This document shows, in pieces, positions 1-11,686 of a stretch of 64,000 nt of DNA. This DNA is from Lama glama (Eukaryota): assembly GCA_028534125.1 (NCBI GenBank), contig CM052818.1:18416001-18480000 (forward strand), given 5' to 3'. The position numbers and the translations under genes were made by a program. The notes below the pieces were generated by a model. The model made no database searches. It was not told where the DNA came from and saw only the letters and a list, made by a program, of their open reading frames with translations. Every line of letters starts with the position of its first letter. Within the stretch, counting starts at the first letter, position 1.

Positions 1-370
1 TAGCTAATTATTAGAGAAATGCAAATCAAAACCACAATGAGATATCACCTCACATCTCTCAAAATGATTATCATCAAAAAGTCTACAAACAACAAATGTT
101 GGTGAGGATGTGAAGAAAAGGGAACCCTAGTACACTGTTGGTAGAAATGTAAATTACTGCAGCCACAATGGAAAATAATATGGAGGCTCCTCAAAAAACC
201 AAAAATAGAACTACCAGATGATTCAGCAGTTCTACTCCTGGGTATATATCCACTGAAAATGAAAACACAAGTTCAGAAAGATACATACATCCCACTGTTC
301 AGAGCAGCATTATTTCTAATAGCTAGAAGCAACTTAAGTGTCCATCAACAGATGAATGAATAAAGAGGAT

Positions 371-406
<36 letters not shown>

Positions 407-856
407 ATGCCTGAATATATATATATACACATACATACACACACATACACGAATACTACTCAGTCATGAAAAAAGAATGAAATCCTGCCATTTGCAACAA
501 TGTGAATAGACCTATAGAGCATTATGCAAAGTGAAGTAAGTCAGAGAAGGACAAATACTCTTACCACTTATACATGGAATCTAAAAAACAAAACAAATGA
601 ACATATATACAAAACAGAGGCAGACTCACAGATACAGAGAGTAAACTAATGGTTACCAGTGGGGAGTAGGGGCAAGATAGAGATTAATAAGAGATACAAA
701 CTACTATGTATAAGATAAATAAGCAACAAGGATATATAACCATTATTTTGTAATAACTTTAAATAGAGTATAATCTATAAAAATATTGACTCACTATGTT
801 GTTTACCTGAACCTAGTATAATACTGTAAGTCAATTATACTTCAATTTAAAAAAAA
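1..856 (+). mobile_element. LINE-1 3' portion (end of ORF2 + 3' UTR + A-tail), truncated by window edge
   Basis: Starts with the canonical ORF2 end 'agagaaatgcaaatcaaaaccacaatgagatatcacctcac', contains 'aatcctgccatttgcaacaa', and ends 'gtcaattatacttcaatttaaaaaaaa'. Confidence 0.95.
373..402. repeat. (TG)n microsatellite inside the L1
   Basis: About 15 TG units read directly, followed by a TA/CA-rich tract. Confidence 0.95.
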
Positions 857-864
857 TTTAAAGA

Positions 865-1265
865 TTGTACAGGAACATTATTATTCATAATAACCAACCA
901 ATGGATAAGTTTTGATGTATTCACACAACATAATATCATAAAGAAATCAAAATTAGTGAATTACTGCTACATGCAAAAATATATGAATCTCATACCTGAA
1001 CCTTTCTTAAAGTAGCCAATTACAAAGTATCATACTATATGATTCCATCTATATAAAGCATAAAAACAAGCAAAACTAATTTAAATTGTATATTAGAAGT
1101 CAGAATAGCGGTTGCTTTGAGGAACTTGAGAGAGGAGTGGTCAAGGGCAAGGAAAGATGCTCATGGGGTACTGGTTACGTGAGTGCTCACTTTCAATAAC
1201 TTAACTGAGCTACAAGCTTTTGATGTGTGCATTTTTCAATAGATTTTTTATACTTCAATTTTTAA
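865..1265 (+). mobile_element. Old LINE-1 3' UTR fragment (L1MC/L1ME-like)
   Basis: 'tactatatgattccatctatataaagc...aagcaaaactaat...ttagaagtcagaatagcggtt...tacttcaat' resembles ancient L1M 3' ends. Confidence 0.7.
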
Positions 1266-1407
1266 AGCTGATTTTAAAAAGATAAAAATTCAGTCAAAAT
1301 TATTTTTATCTTTTTAAGTGGCTTTATTTCTATTGTGTTATGCTACTAGAATTGTGGAGTTTGTTACAACAGCTAAAACTACCCTAATACAGAACTTTAG
1401 AGGTCAT

Positions 1408-1520
1408 CAACATTCATTTTATAGATAAGAGAACTGTGGCCTGGAAAATTAAGGGACTTACCCAATGTCAGAGCTAGTAAGTGACAAGCTCTGGTCTGTT
1501 AGGCTGCAAATCTAGCAGGT
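1408..1520 (-). mobile_element. MIR SINE fragment
   Basis: 'cattttatagataagagaactgtggc...gggacttacccaatgtcagagctagtaagtgac' is the reverse complement of the MIR core. Confidence 0.75.
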
Positions 1521-2346
1521 CACCTTTTTTTTCCCTTTTTCACTATGTCTCACTGCCTCAATTTATGTATATACCAGTTAACACTCTCATCCTACTTGGC
1601 TTCAATAAATAAGCCATAATAATAGGGAGTGATATCTACTCACTCAGCAAACAATTTCATATGATATCAGCTACCCAAAAATCGCCCCTGAAATTACCCA
1701 AATGTCTTCCTGTTAACCTTGGTCATTGAGTTTGGCATACAACACTCTGAAAAATAATACTTTTCCCAAGATGAAAATTTTATTAGCTAATCCCAGGTGC
1801 TTGGCTACCCAAAAGCCACATGTATATTTTGTAATTTTTCTTACCTATTAACATAAAGATTACTGTGATTAAACCAAAATATGCCCTCTAATGTCTCTAA
1901 AAAATAGTATGAAAGAATAAAGACCTCTCTGAAACGAACATTTGAAAAAAAAATTGAACGTATGAACAAAAAAAATCACATATTTTAGCTGCTGGAAAAA
2001 GCAAACCACATAATTTTAACAATCTTTAAAGAGACCCTAGTAGCATTACTGGGTATTTCTCTCCCTGTGAAAATCTCAGCCAGAACTAGGCAGCTGTCCT
2101 AGGTTTTTAAATTAAGTGAGTCACCCAGTGGAGGCTGAGAGATGGCAAGAAAGAACCCAATCCACCTACCCACCATCTTCCCCAGCTAGGGCTGGTGTTG
2201 TGAGATATGGGAGCCAGGAACAGAGTAATCCTGGTGAGATCTGGACTTCCCACAAAGAAAACTCAGCGCAACAGGTTTATGGCATAATAATGAACCAGAC
2301 TTCCCAGTCTCCGCTGTTGATCACCTTCTGTTTTCTTGTGCCTTGC

Positions 2347-2729
2347 TGTTATGGACTGACTTATATCCCCCTAAAATTCATATGTTAAAGCCCTAACCCT
2401 CAGTGTAACTGCATTTGGAGATAAGGCCTTAAGGGAAGTAACTGAAGTTTTAAAACTTTAAAAGGGTGGTGCCCTAATCCAATAGGACCAGGTTCCTTCT
2501 AAGAGGAGGAAGAGACAACAGAGATCTCACTCTCCCTCCTCAGGCACAAGAAAAGGCCATGTGAGGACAGCTGTCTGCAAGCCAGGAAGGGAACTCTCAT
2601 CAGAAATCGAATCGGCTGGCACCTTGATCATGGACTTCTAGCCTCCTGAATTGTGACAAAGTAAATGTCTGTTGTTTAAGTCACCCAGCCTATGGCAATT
2701 TGCTATAAAAGCCTGAGCAGACGAATACA
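2347..2729 (+). mobile_element. MaLR solo LTR, MLT1A/MLT1A0-like, with 5-bp TSD
   Basis: TG...CA termini ('tgttatggactga'...'gaataca'); diagnostic 'aaattcatatgttaaagccctaacc' and 'ggcaccttgatcatggacttctagcctcc'; CTTGC duplicated at 2342-2346 and 2730-2734. Confidence 0.92.
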
Positions 2730-3111
2730 CTTGCCAACCTGGACAACTGTATTGTTGCCAAATCATCTCCAGGCAAAATCCTCCCTTGGTGTTATTTGCA
2801 CTTTCAGAGGGAGTACTTAGAGATCCAAAAGTCTTCAGTCTCTACACAGCTTGACTCCTTAAGGGTGAAATTCCAGGCACCATGACAGACCTTGCAGGGA
2901 GTTAGGCATAGGAAATGGACTGGCAGGTTTGGATAGGGACAGATCAGAGAAACTTAAATGTCCATCTAAGAAGTGGAGAATTTACTTCAGAGACAATGAT
3001 GACTCACTGAAGGTTTCTGAGAAGGAGGTACGCCCGAAGCTTTACTTCAGGGCGATAACTCTGCCAGCAGTGCAAAAGATTTTTATTATTACTATTAATT
3101 TCAGTGACTTT

Positions 3112-3690
3112 TATAATAGCTAGCATTTATTGAGCACTTACTCTTTGCCAAGCACTCTATATGCATTATCTCCATTTAATTAAGTGGGAGAAAGACTGAA
3201 ATGGACCAAAAAGATTACTGGGTTTTTTCAATAGAAAACTAGGCATGAGTCAGGTTATAACTTTTTTTTTTTTTTAGCTTTTCTACAACTCTGTGAGATG
3301 TAGAAAACATAACAATGCAAATAAATTTGTCAGTTGAAATGCAAATGAAATGTGCCTAGTGCAATTGATTACTGCCTTGTGGATAAAGTCAGTTTGCACC
3401 TATTTTTAAATTCATTTTTAAATTTATTTCGGCATTCCTTATTGCCTCTATCACGTGTGGTTCTTTGAATTCTCCTTTAAGTCAGTTGTATCATCTTACT
3501 GCTTCCCTTTAAAATTAATGAGTTATATAAAATCTTTGACACTTGTTCATTTTATATTTGTATGTCATGATTTTACCATTTAATAATTCTCACAACAACT
3601 CTGTGAAATTAGTACTATTATTATCACCGGCTTACAAAGAAACTGAGGTTCCAAGAAAGAAAGTAATCTGCCAAGGTTACACAGTGACCT
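3112..3690 (-). mobile_element. MIR in two collinear pieces (3112-3180 and about 3576-3690)
   Basis: Tail 'ataatagctagcatttattgagcactta', then 'tctcacaacaactctgtgaaattagtactattattatc...aaactgagg...ccaaggttacacag'. Confidence 0.75.
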
Positions 3691-4689
3691 TTAAACTAGG
3701 GTAGGGATGGAAGACTACCTGCTTTACCAGACCACCAGATTACCATCCTCATGCCCAAACGCTAGAACTTGTCTCTGAAGTCCTCCCCATCCCCTCTCTG
3801 CTGAGTGAGAAGTCCCCCTCCTGTATCATACTGTCCACTGTCCACAGCATTTCCACCATCAACTCAGCCATCTGACTGAGTAATCCCTGTAAACTAGTAA
3901 TGGAAAAGTAATGGCAAGAATGGATGTTCTGTAGCTGGGATTTAGAATGACAGCATCTCCATCTTTTCTGCATGTCCTGTCAGTCACCACCTCTTGGGCA
4001 TATGTAGGTGGAGGATGGCTGTAGGACAGGAGGAATGGGCATCAAAGGTGACCATTGGCTCTGTCTGCTAATAGACTAACACTGACCACCACCATGAACA
4101 GAAGCTCTACCTCTCTGCTTCTAATGACAGCAACTGGAAGTATTAAAGGTATTGCTCCTAACAGTGATTCCTAATCCCTTTCACATACCCCCAGTACCAT
4201 GGATTTACAAAAGAAATGCTGTCAGCCTTACAAAATGAAATCATATGATGACAATGAAAATTCCCTGAAAGTGTATAACACTGTATGTTTTAAGCCCTTT
4301 CATACCTATTATTGTGAAATAGCCTTGGGAAGTCAGCCAAATGTATATCATCATCTCCATTTCACAGCTGAAGAAATTAAGTTCTACATAGATGAAGTGA
4401 CTCACCCCAAGTCAGCTGGGAAGATACTGCAAAAACTGGATTCCCTTCCTTAATCCAGATTAGGTTTTTCTCCACTACCCTAGACTGCCCCTCCTCTATC
4501 TTTCTTCCCCGGTCACCACTCCACACACATGGTATTTATTTTGGCCCATGTCAGCAGTCCAGTAAGCACAGTCTCTCAGCTGACACTCATCCCCAAGCCT
4601 ACTGCTCTAGGCTAATTCCTCCTCCTCCTCTGGGGAGTAATTTGCATGTCCCTTCTTCCACTGTCCTGGACTAGATTAGTTGTCCCCTC

Positions 4690-4830
4690 TCACTTGTTCT
4701 CATGGTAACCTACACTTCTCTAGAGACCATTCATTACACTACCATGTAATCGCCTCTTTCCTTGTCTAAATCGAGAGCTCTGTAAAGGCAGGAACGTGGC
4801 ACACGGGGAATGATCAACACATGCCTATCA
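4690..4830 (+). mobile_element. L2 3'-end fragment
   Basis: 'gagctctgtaaaggcaggaac...ggcacac' resembles the L2 3' end. Confidence 0.5.
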
Positions 4831-5289
4831 AGTGTTGAAAAGAACCCAGATGTTGCCTCAGAACAGATGCAAGGTCAGGTCTGACCCAGGTCTTCCCTAT
4901 CAACTCATACATAAACCAACAGCTGGGCTCAGGCGGGGCTTTTAGTGAAGCTGAGCAGGCAAGTTTTCTGAATTTCCAACAAGTCATGTTTTCTAAAAGA
5001 AACCAAAACGTGCCCCCTCAGGGCCAGCCTTTCCCCAGGCCCAAATATATTCCCAAAAAGCAAATTAAGCTCTTCAGAAAACTGTTTTCCATGTTGCAAC
5101 CCAGCAAGGTGCCACTTGTGCCTTCAGGGAAGGCAAATGATAAACATTTTGTCCTCAGCTGTGTCACTAGTGAAACGGGACGAGTTAGGCCTCCCGCCTT
5201 GGTTGGAAGGGAACATAAATTTGAACTGAATTCGCTCTCCTGCCTCTGAGATCTAGCTTCTTTCTGACTATCCAGATGCCCCAGTCTTC

Positions 5290-5522
5290 AATAACAACAG
5301 CTAATATTTTTTTAACTCTTCCCAGATGCTGGGCACTGCTCTTAGCACTTGAGATGTATCAATTCATTTAATCCCCACAACAATCCTATGACATGGGTAC
5401 CATTATTATCCCTATTTCACAAATGAGGAAACTGAGGCACAGAATGATTGAAAAACCTACCACGGTCACACAGCTAGTAAGGAGTAGAGTGGAGATTCAA
5501 CACTAAGCAGTCTGGCTTTAAG
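5290..5522 (-). mobile_element. Near full-length MIR
   Basis: 'catttaatccccacaacaatcctatg...atttcacaaatgaggaaactgaggcacaga...ggtcacacagctagtaag...aagcagtctggc'. Confidence 0.92.
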
Positions 5523-6519
5523 AATCAGTCAGTCCTTGAGGACCAGTTTAGGCCCCACCAGCTTAGGACCCACATTCTCCAAGAAGCCTACCTCACCACT
5601 CTAGCCCGGATATAAATCCTGCTCCTCCGACGAAGTGCTCCAGCTATTATTTTTAGAACAATTTATTTAGTAATTAATTCCCCATCTGGTGTGCTTCTAT
5701 GAAAGTCAAGACCAAAAGATGGTGTCCCCTCTCTTCCCCTCAGGCCCAGATGAGGGTCTTCACCATGCATAGTATTTTGTCGTTACAAAGGGGATGAAGG
5801 GGATAGAAGGTCAAGGGAAGAAGGGCCAGATATGCAAAAGGAGAGCTAGATTATTCCTGGCTAAGAGGACGCTTGTCACTTAGCAGAAGAGGCTGGGTAT
5901 ATTCCTGAGGGAAAATCTCTGCAAGATCACCAGCAAGTTAGCTCTGAGAAGAGAGACACCTCTAGTGTTTCTCACTGACTCGAAAAACCAAAACAAAATG
6001 TGCCCTGCCCTCTGTCAGATCAGACAAGAGCCCTGAAGCATCACAAGGAGGCCGTGGAACAAGAGGTTAAGCTCTGGGCCCCAGAGCCTGTTTCCTCATC
6101 TCCATTTGATAAGTGCTTCATAATTAATGATGTGGAGATGACAATCTCTCTCCTATTAGGCCGATTCTTTTGCAGAAATCAAGAGTCTGTCAGAGGAAAT
6201 CCTTTTGGGCAGAGACTGTTTAATCATCTTCATTACCATCATCATTATCGTCATGATAGATAACAGTGATTGAATTCTTATGAGCGAGGCGCTGTATATG
6301 AATTATCACGGCTCATCCTCCTATCCACGGAAAACCTTTATTAAATACTGGATGGCACAGACACTGAGTCCTCACATTCAACCAAGCTAGCGCCTGTCTT
6401 CAGATGGTTTTATTTCAGGCAGCCCAGCAGAGGACCTGCATAAGGTCGAACAAAACCTCTGACATGAGCATTACTGAAAAACAAGGTTTCTGCATCACTG
6501 GCAGCAGGATCTATAATGG

Positions 6520-6685
6520 CCTAAGGAATGGGTTTGAATCCTTCCTCAGCTACGCACTGGCTATGTGACAATAAACAAGTTACCCAATCTCTCGCAGCCT
6601 CAGTTTCCCCAAAGATAAAATAGAATGTCTCACCAGAGCTGTGATGATCAAAGGATACAATGGCTGAGAACACCTAATACAGTGA
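6520..6685 (+). mobile_element. MIR fragment
   Basis: 'gggtttgaatcc...ctggctatgtgac...aacaagttacccaatctctcgcagcctcagtttcc'. Confidence 0.8.
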
Positions 6686-6794
6686 GCCCCCAGGAGAGAG
6701 ACCCCCCCAAGAGAGGCCCACTCCTCCTCCCTATGCAGGTATGCAGCCCCCTTTACATATAAATGCCTTGCTGACCAACTCCCCCTATTCTTTT

Positions 6795-6922
6795 TTTTAA
6801 CCATACAAAGCTATTACATTATTATTGACTATCTTTCCCAAACTATGCATTTCATACCCGTGATTCATCTTGTAACTGGAAGTTAGTACCCCTTAATCTT
6901 CCTCCCCTATTTCCCTCACCCC
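6795..6922 (-). mobile_element. LINE-1 3' UTR fragment
   Basis: 'ccatacaaagctattacattattattgactat...taactggaagttagtacccc' is antisense to a laurasiatherian L1 3' UTR. Confidence 0.7.
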
Positions 6923-7889
6923 ATTGAGATCAACTTTTAGAGAAATCTAAAATTCTTCCCTGACTTAGTCAACAGAAAAAAAAAGTATATCTTTTCAGCT
7001 TTTCCTGATATCCTTCATCTTGATATTGATTTTAGCCTGGTTTTGATACGGATTATTCTATGGTATCATAACTGAGGTGGAAGACAGCTTCTACACTGAG
7101 CGCCTCCCGACTGCTGACTCTGCTACCTTCTTCCTCTTTTCAGGAACTTCTCAGACTGTCCGTTTCAAGCAGCACTCCCACCCTCCGTTTCCATTCTCCC
7201 TCTCTACCACTTTGCCTCAGGAAATCTCAATTTTCATAAAACTGTAACTCCAAGCAGATCCCAGCCAGGAGAAGCCCCCGCGGCCTCTCCTATGGAGGGA
7301 TATTCACAGGCTTTCTGCCAGCTACTCTCTTTTGTCCTTAGAGGTCTTTGGATCCCACTGCCCTATTTGTGGATGTTTTTCAGGTTATTGAAATGCTCCC
7401 CCACCCCAAAATTCAGGGGACACCAGCCATGGTTGTTACTGAATACATACATAACTTACAGCTTTTAATAGACTCTCCAGAACCACACTCCGTGTAACTA
7501 TTTCAGCATCTCTTTGTCCCACCTCTTCCTGAAAACGTAGGGGTGGTCTATGTGGACCTGTCACATTGTGGTGACAGTGGCTGATTGTGGGACATTGCTC
7601 CTAGCTTCAGCACTAGGATGGTGGGAGAGATTTATAAACTTATTTTTCATTTCCAGCGTCAGGTCAAGAGCCTCTGAGTAAAGAGTATGATATAATAGCT
7701 TCTGATAAAACTGACAGTGTAAAGTAGACAAAGTAAACCAACAAAGTTAGGTTCATAAAGTAGATTTCATTATCTGGAAACATGTCCTTTGAAGATGCTG
7801 AAACATTATCATTAGGTCTCTATCGAATACTGTTTTTTCTTTATGTATTTAAAAAAATTTAACTTATTTAAACTAAAAAACAAACAAAC

Positions 7890-9217
7890 CAACAGTTCAC
7901 TCATTTTTCCCACTCCTGCCTCTGGCAACCACCAATCTGTTCTATCTATGAGCTGTATCTATGAGTTGTTTTTTTGTTTTCTTTTCAAGATTCCATATAT
8001 AAGACAGATCATTAGGTATTTGTCTTTCTCTGACTTATTTTACTACTGAAGATGATCCCTCAAGGTCCATTCACTTGGTCACAAATGGCAAGGTTTCATT
8101 CTTTTTTTTAATGTCTGAATAATAGTTCATTGTGTGTGTGTATGTATGTATGTATGTGTATAGATATATACATATATATAAAACAATTTCTTTATCCATT
8201 CATCAATGTATACTTATGTTGTTTCCATAACTTGGCTATTGTAAAAAATGCTGTAATTAACATGAAAGTGCATATATCTTTTCAAATTAGTGTTTTCTTT
8301 TTTGGGGGGATAAATACCCAGAAGTTGAATTGTGGACTATGTGGTAGTCCTGATTTTTTGAAGAACCTCCACCACTTATCATAGTGGTTGTTTCCATTTA
8401 CATGCCACAAACAGTGCACAAGGGCTACCTTTTCTCCACATCCTCACCTATACTTGCTATTTCTAGTTTTTTTGAAAATGGCCTTTCTAATAGGTATGAG
8501 GTAATATCTCACTGTGGTACTGAGTTGCATTTTCCTGGTGATTAATGATTTGGAGCATCTTTTCATGTACCTGTGGGGCATCTGCATGTCTTCTTTGTAA
8601 AAATGTCTATTTCAATCCTCTACCTATTTTTTTAATTGGATTGCTTGTTTTATTGCTACTGAGCTGCATAACTTACTTATTTATTTTGGATATTAGTCCC
8701 TTATCAGATATATGATTTACAAATATTTCCTTCCATTCAGTAGGTTGCCTTTTCATGTTATTGATGGTTTCCTTTGCTGTGCAGAAGCTGTTTAGCTTGA
8801 TATAGTAGCAGTTGTTTACTTTTGCTTTTGTTGTCAGATTAAAAAAAATCATCACCAAGACCTATGTCAAGGAGCTTATCATCTATTTTTTTTCTAGGAG
8901 TTTTATGGTATCAAGTCTTACTTTTTTTAATCCATTTTGAATTAATTTTTGTGTATGGTATAATATTGTGGTCCAGTTTCATTCTTTTTCATGTGGCTGT
9001 CCAATTTTCCCAACACCATTTATTAAAGAAACTTGTTCTTTTCCCCAGTGTACATTCTTGTATATCCTTTTCTCCATTGTATATTTCCCCACTGTACATC
9101 CTTTGTCATAAATTGACCATATATGAGTGGGTTTACTTCTGGGCTCTCTCTTCTGTTTCATTGATGTATTTCTCTGTTTTCATGCCAATACCACTCTGTT
9201 TTAGTTACTACAGTTTT
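7890..9217 (-). mobile_element. Older LINE-1 (3' UTR + ORF2 end), left half of interrupted element
   Basis: Minus-strand ORFs 8673-8858 ([27 protein letters not shown]) and 8979-9161 are L1 ORF2; 3' UTR motif 'ctctggcaaccaccaatctgttct'. Confidence 0.95.
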
Positions 9218-11090
9218 GACATAAACTTAAGACAAGACACTATAAACCTCCTAGAAGAAAACATAGGCAATACATTTTCCAACAAAAATCTTAGCAGTGT
9301 TCTAGGGCAGTCTACCAAGGCAACAGAAATAAAAGCAAAAATAAACAAATGGGACCTAATTAAACTTACAAGCTTTTGCACAACAAAGGAAACTGTAAAC
9401 AAAACAAAAAGACAACCTATGGAATGGGGGAAAATATTTGCAAATGATGGGACTGGCAAAGGCTTACTTTCCAGAATATACAAACAGCTCATACAACTCA
9501 ATAACAAAGAAATAAGCAACCCAATCCAAAATGGGCAGAAGACCTAAACAAACATTTCTCCAATGAAGACATACAAACAGCCAATAAGCACATGAAAAAA
9601 TTCTCATTATTGCTAACTATTAGAGAAATGCAAAATCAAAACTACAATGAAATATCACCTTATCCCAGTCAGAATAGCCATCATTAAAAAGTTCACAAAT
9701 GATAAATGCTGGAGAGGGTGCAGAGAAAAGGAAACCCTCCTACACTGCTGGTGGGAATGTAGTTTGGTGCTGCTATTATGGAAAACAATACAGAGATTCC
9801 TTAGAGGGGAGGGTATAGCTCAAGTGGTAGAGTGCATGCTTAGCATGCAAAAGATCCTGGTTTCATGCCCCAGTACCTCCTCTAAAAATAAATGAGTAAA
9901 CCTAATTACCTCCCCTTAAAAAATAAACTTAAAAAAAAAAAAGAGAGAGAGAGATTCCTTAAAAAACTGAAAATAGACTTATCCTATGATCCACCAATCC
10001 TACTCCTGGGCATACATCTGGAGGAAACTGATTCAAAAAGATAATTGCACCCCAATGTTCATAGCAGCACTATTTATAATAGCTAAGACATGGAAACAAC
10101 CTAAGCATCCATTGACAGATGACTGGATAAAGAAGTTGTGGTATATTTATACAATGAGATACTACTCAGCCATAAAAAATAAACTAATGCCATTTGCAGC
10201 AACATGGATGGCCCTAGAGAATGTCATTCTAAGTGAAGTAAACCAGAAAGAAAAAGAAAAATACCACATGATATGACACATATGTGGAATCTAAAAAAAA
10301 AAAAAAAAAAAAATGAATGAAATTATTTATAAAACAGAAACAGACTCACAGACATAGAAAACAAACTTATGGTTACCAGGGGGAAGAGAGTGGGAAGGGA
10401 TAAATTGGAAGTTCGAGATTTGCAGATTCTGACCGGTATATATAAATTAGATAAACAAGTTTAGACTATATAGCACAGGGAACTATATTCAATATCTTAT
10501 AGTAGCTTACAGTGAAAAATATGAATATATATGTATATTCATGCATGACTGAAGCATTGTGCCATATACCAGAAATTGATACAATACTGTAAACTGACTA
10601 TACTTCAATTAAAAAAAAGAAGTTATGGTATATTTATACAATGGAATACTGCTCAGTCATAAAATATGACAATACCATTTGTAGCAACATGGATGGACCT
10701 GGAGATTGTCACTTTAAGTGAAGTAAGCCAGAAAGAGAAATACTGTATGACATCATTTATATGTGGAATCTGAAAAAAAAAAAAAACAAATGAACTTATT
10801 TACAAAACAGAAACAGACTCACAGACATAGAGAAATTGTAATTACCAGAGGGGAAGAGGAGTTGGAGGAATAAATTGAGAGTTCAAGATTTTCAGATACT
10901 ACTATATATAAAATAGATAAACAGCAAAGTCCCACTATATAGCATAGGGAACCATATTCAATATCTTATAATAGCCTATAATGAAAAAGAATATGAAAAG
11001 GAATATATATATATGTATGTATAACTGAATCACTATGCTGTATACCAGAAATTAACAGAACATTGTAAACTGAATATACTGCCACCTAAA
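9218..11090 (+). mobile_element. Younger 5'-truncated LINE-1 nested in the opposite-strand L1, with two tandem 3' ends
   Basis: ORF2 peptides KAKINKWDLIKLTSFCTTKET (inside ORF 8864-9547), [19 protein letters not shown] (9647-9895) and CTPMFIAALFIIAKTWKQPK (9986-10276); frameshifted and non-functional. Confidence 0.95.
9804..9949 (+). mobile_element. tRNA-Ala-derived camelid SINE (vic-1-like) with 12-bp TSD
   Basis: 'ggggagggtatagctcaagtggtagagtgcatgcttagcatgca...ccccagtacctcc' plus 'aaacctaattacctcccc' and A-tail; AGAGATTCCTTA at 9792-9803 and 9950-9961. Confidence 0.93.
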
Positions 11091-11686
11091 ATATACTTTG
11101 AAATCAAGGAGTGTGATGCCTACAGCTTTGTTCTTCTTTCTCAAGATTCTTTTGCCTGTTCAGGGTCTTTTATGGTATACAAATTTTAGGATTTTTTGCT
11201 CTATTTCTGTGAAAAATGACACTGGAATTTTGATAGGAATTACATCAAATCTGTAGATTGCCTTGGGTAACATGGATATTTTAATAATAGTAACTCTTCT
11301 AATCCACGAGCAAGGAATATCTTGCCATTTGTTTGTGTCTTCTTCAATTTCTTTCATTTATGTCATGTAATTTTCAATATTCACGTCTTTCACCTCCTTA
11401 GTTAAAACTTATTCCTAGGGATTTTATCCTCTGGATGGAATTATAAATGGGATTGTTTTAATTTCTCTGCTAGTTCATTATTAATTTATAGAAACTCAAT
11501 AGATTTTCATGTATTGATTTGGCAACTGACTTAGTAATTCTAACAGTTTTTTGATGAAGTCTTTAGAATTTTTTATACATCTCATCTGCAAATAGTGACA
11601 ATTTGACTTCTTCCTTTCCAATTTATGATGCCTTTTATTTCTTTTTCTTGCCTAATTGTTCTGGCTAGGACATCCAATATTATATA
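11091..11686 (-). mobile_element. Older LINE-1 ORF2, right half of interrupted element
   Basis: ORF 11160-11357 ([21 protein letters not shown]...LPKAIYRF) is L1 ORF2; the sequence resumes where the left half stops. Confidence 0.95.

Noticed and set aside
8864..9547. Longest real ORF (227 aa)
   Set aside because: Chance fusion of antisense old-L1 sequence with sense young-L1 ORF2 across the nesting junction; not a gene.
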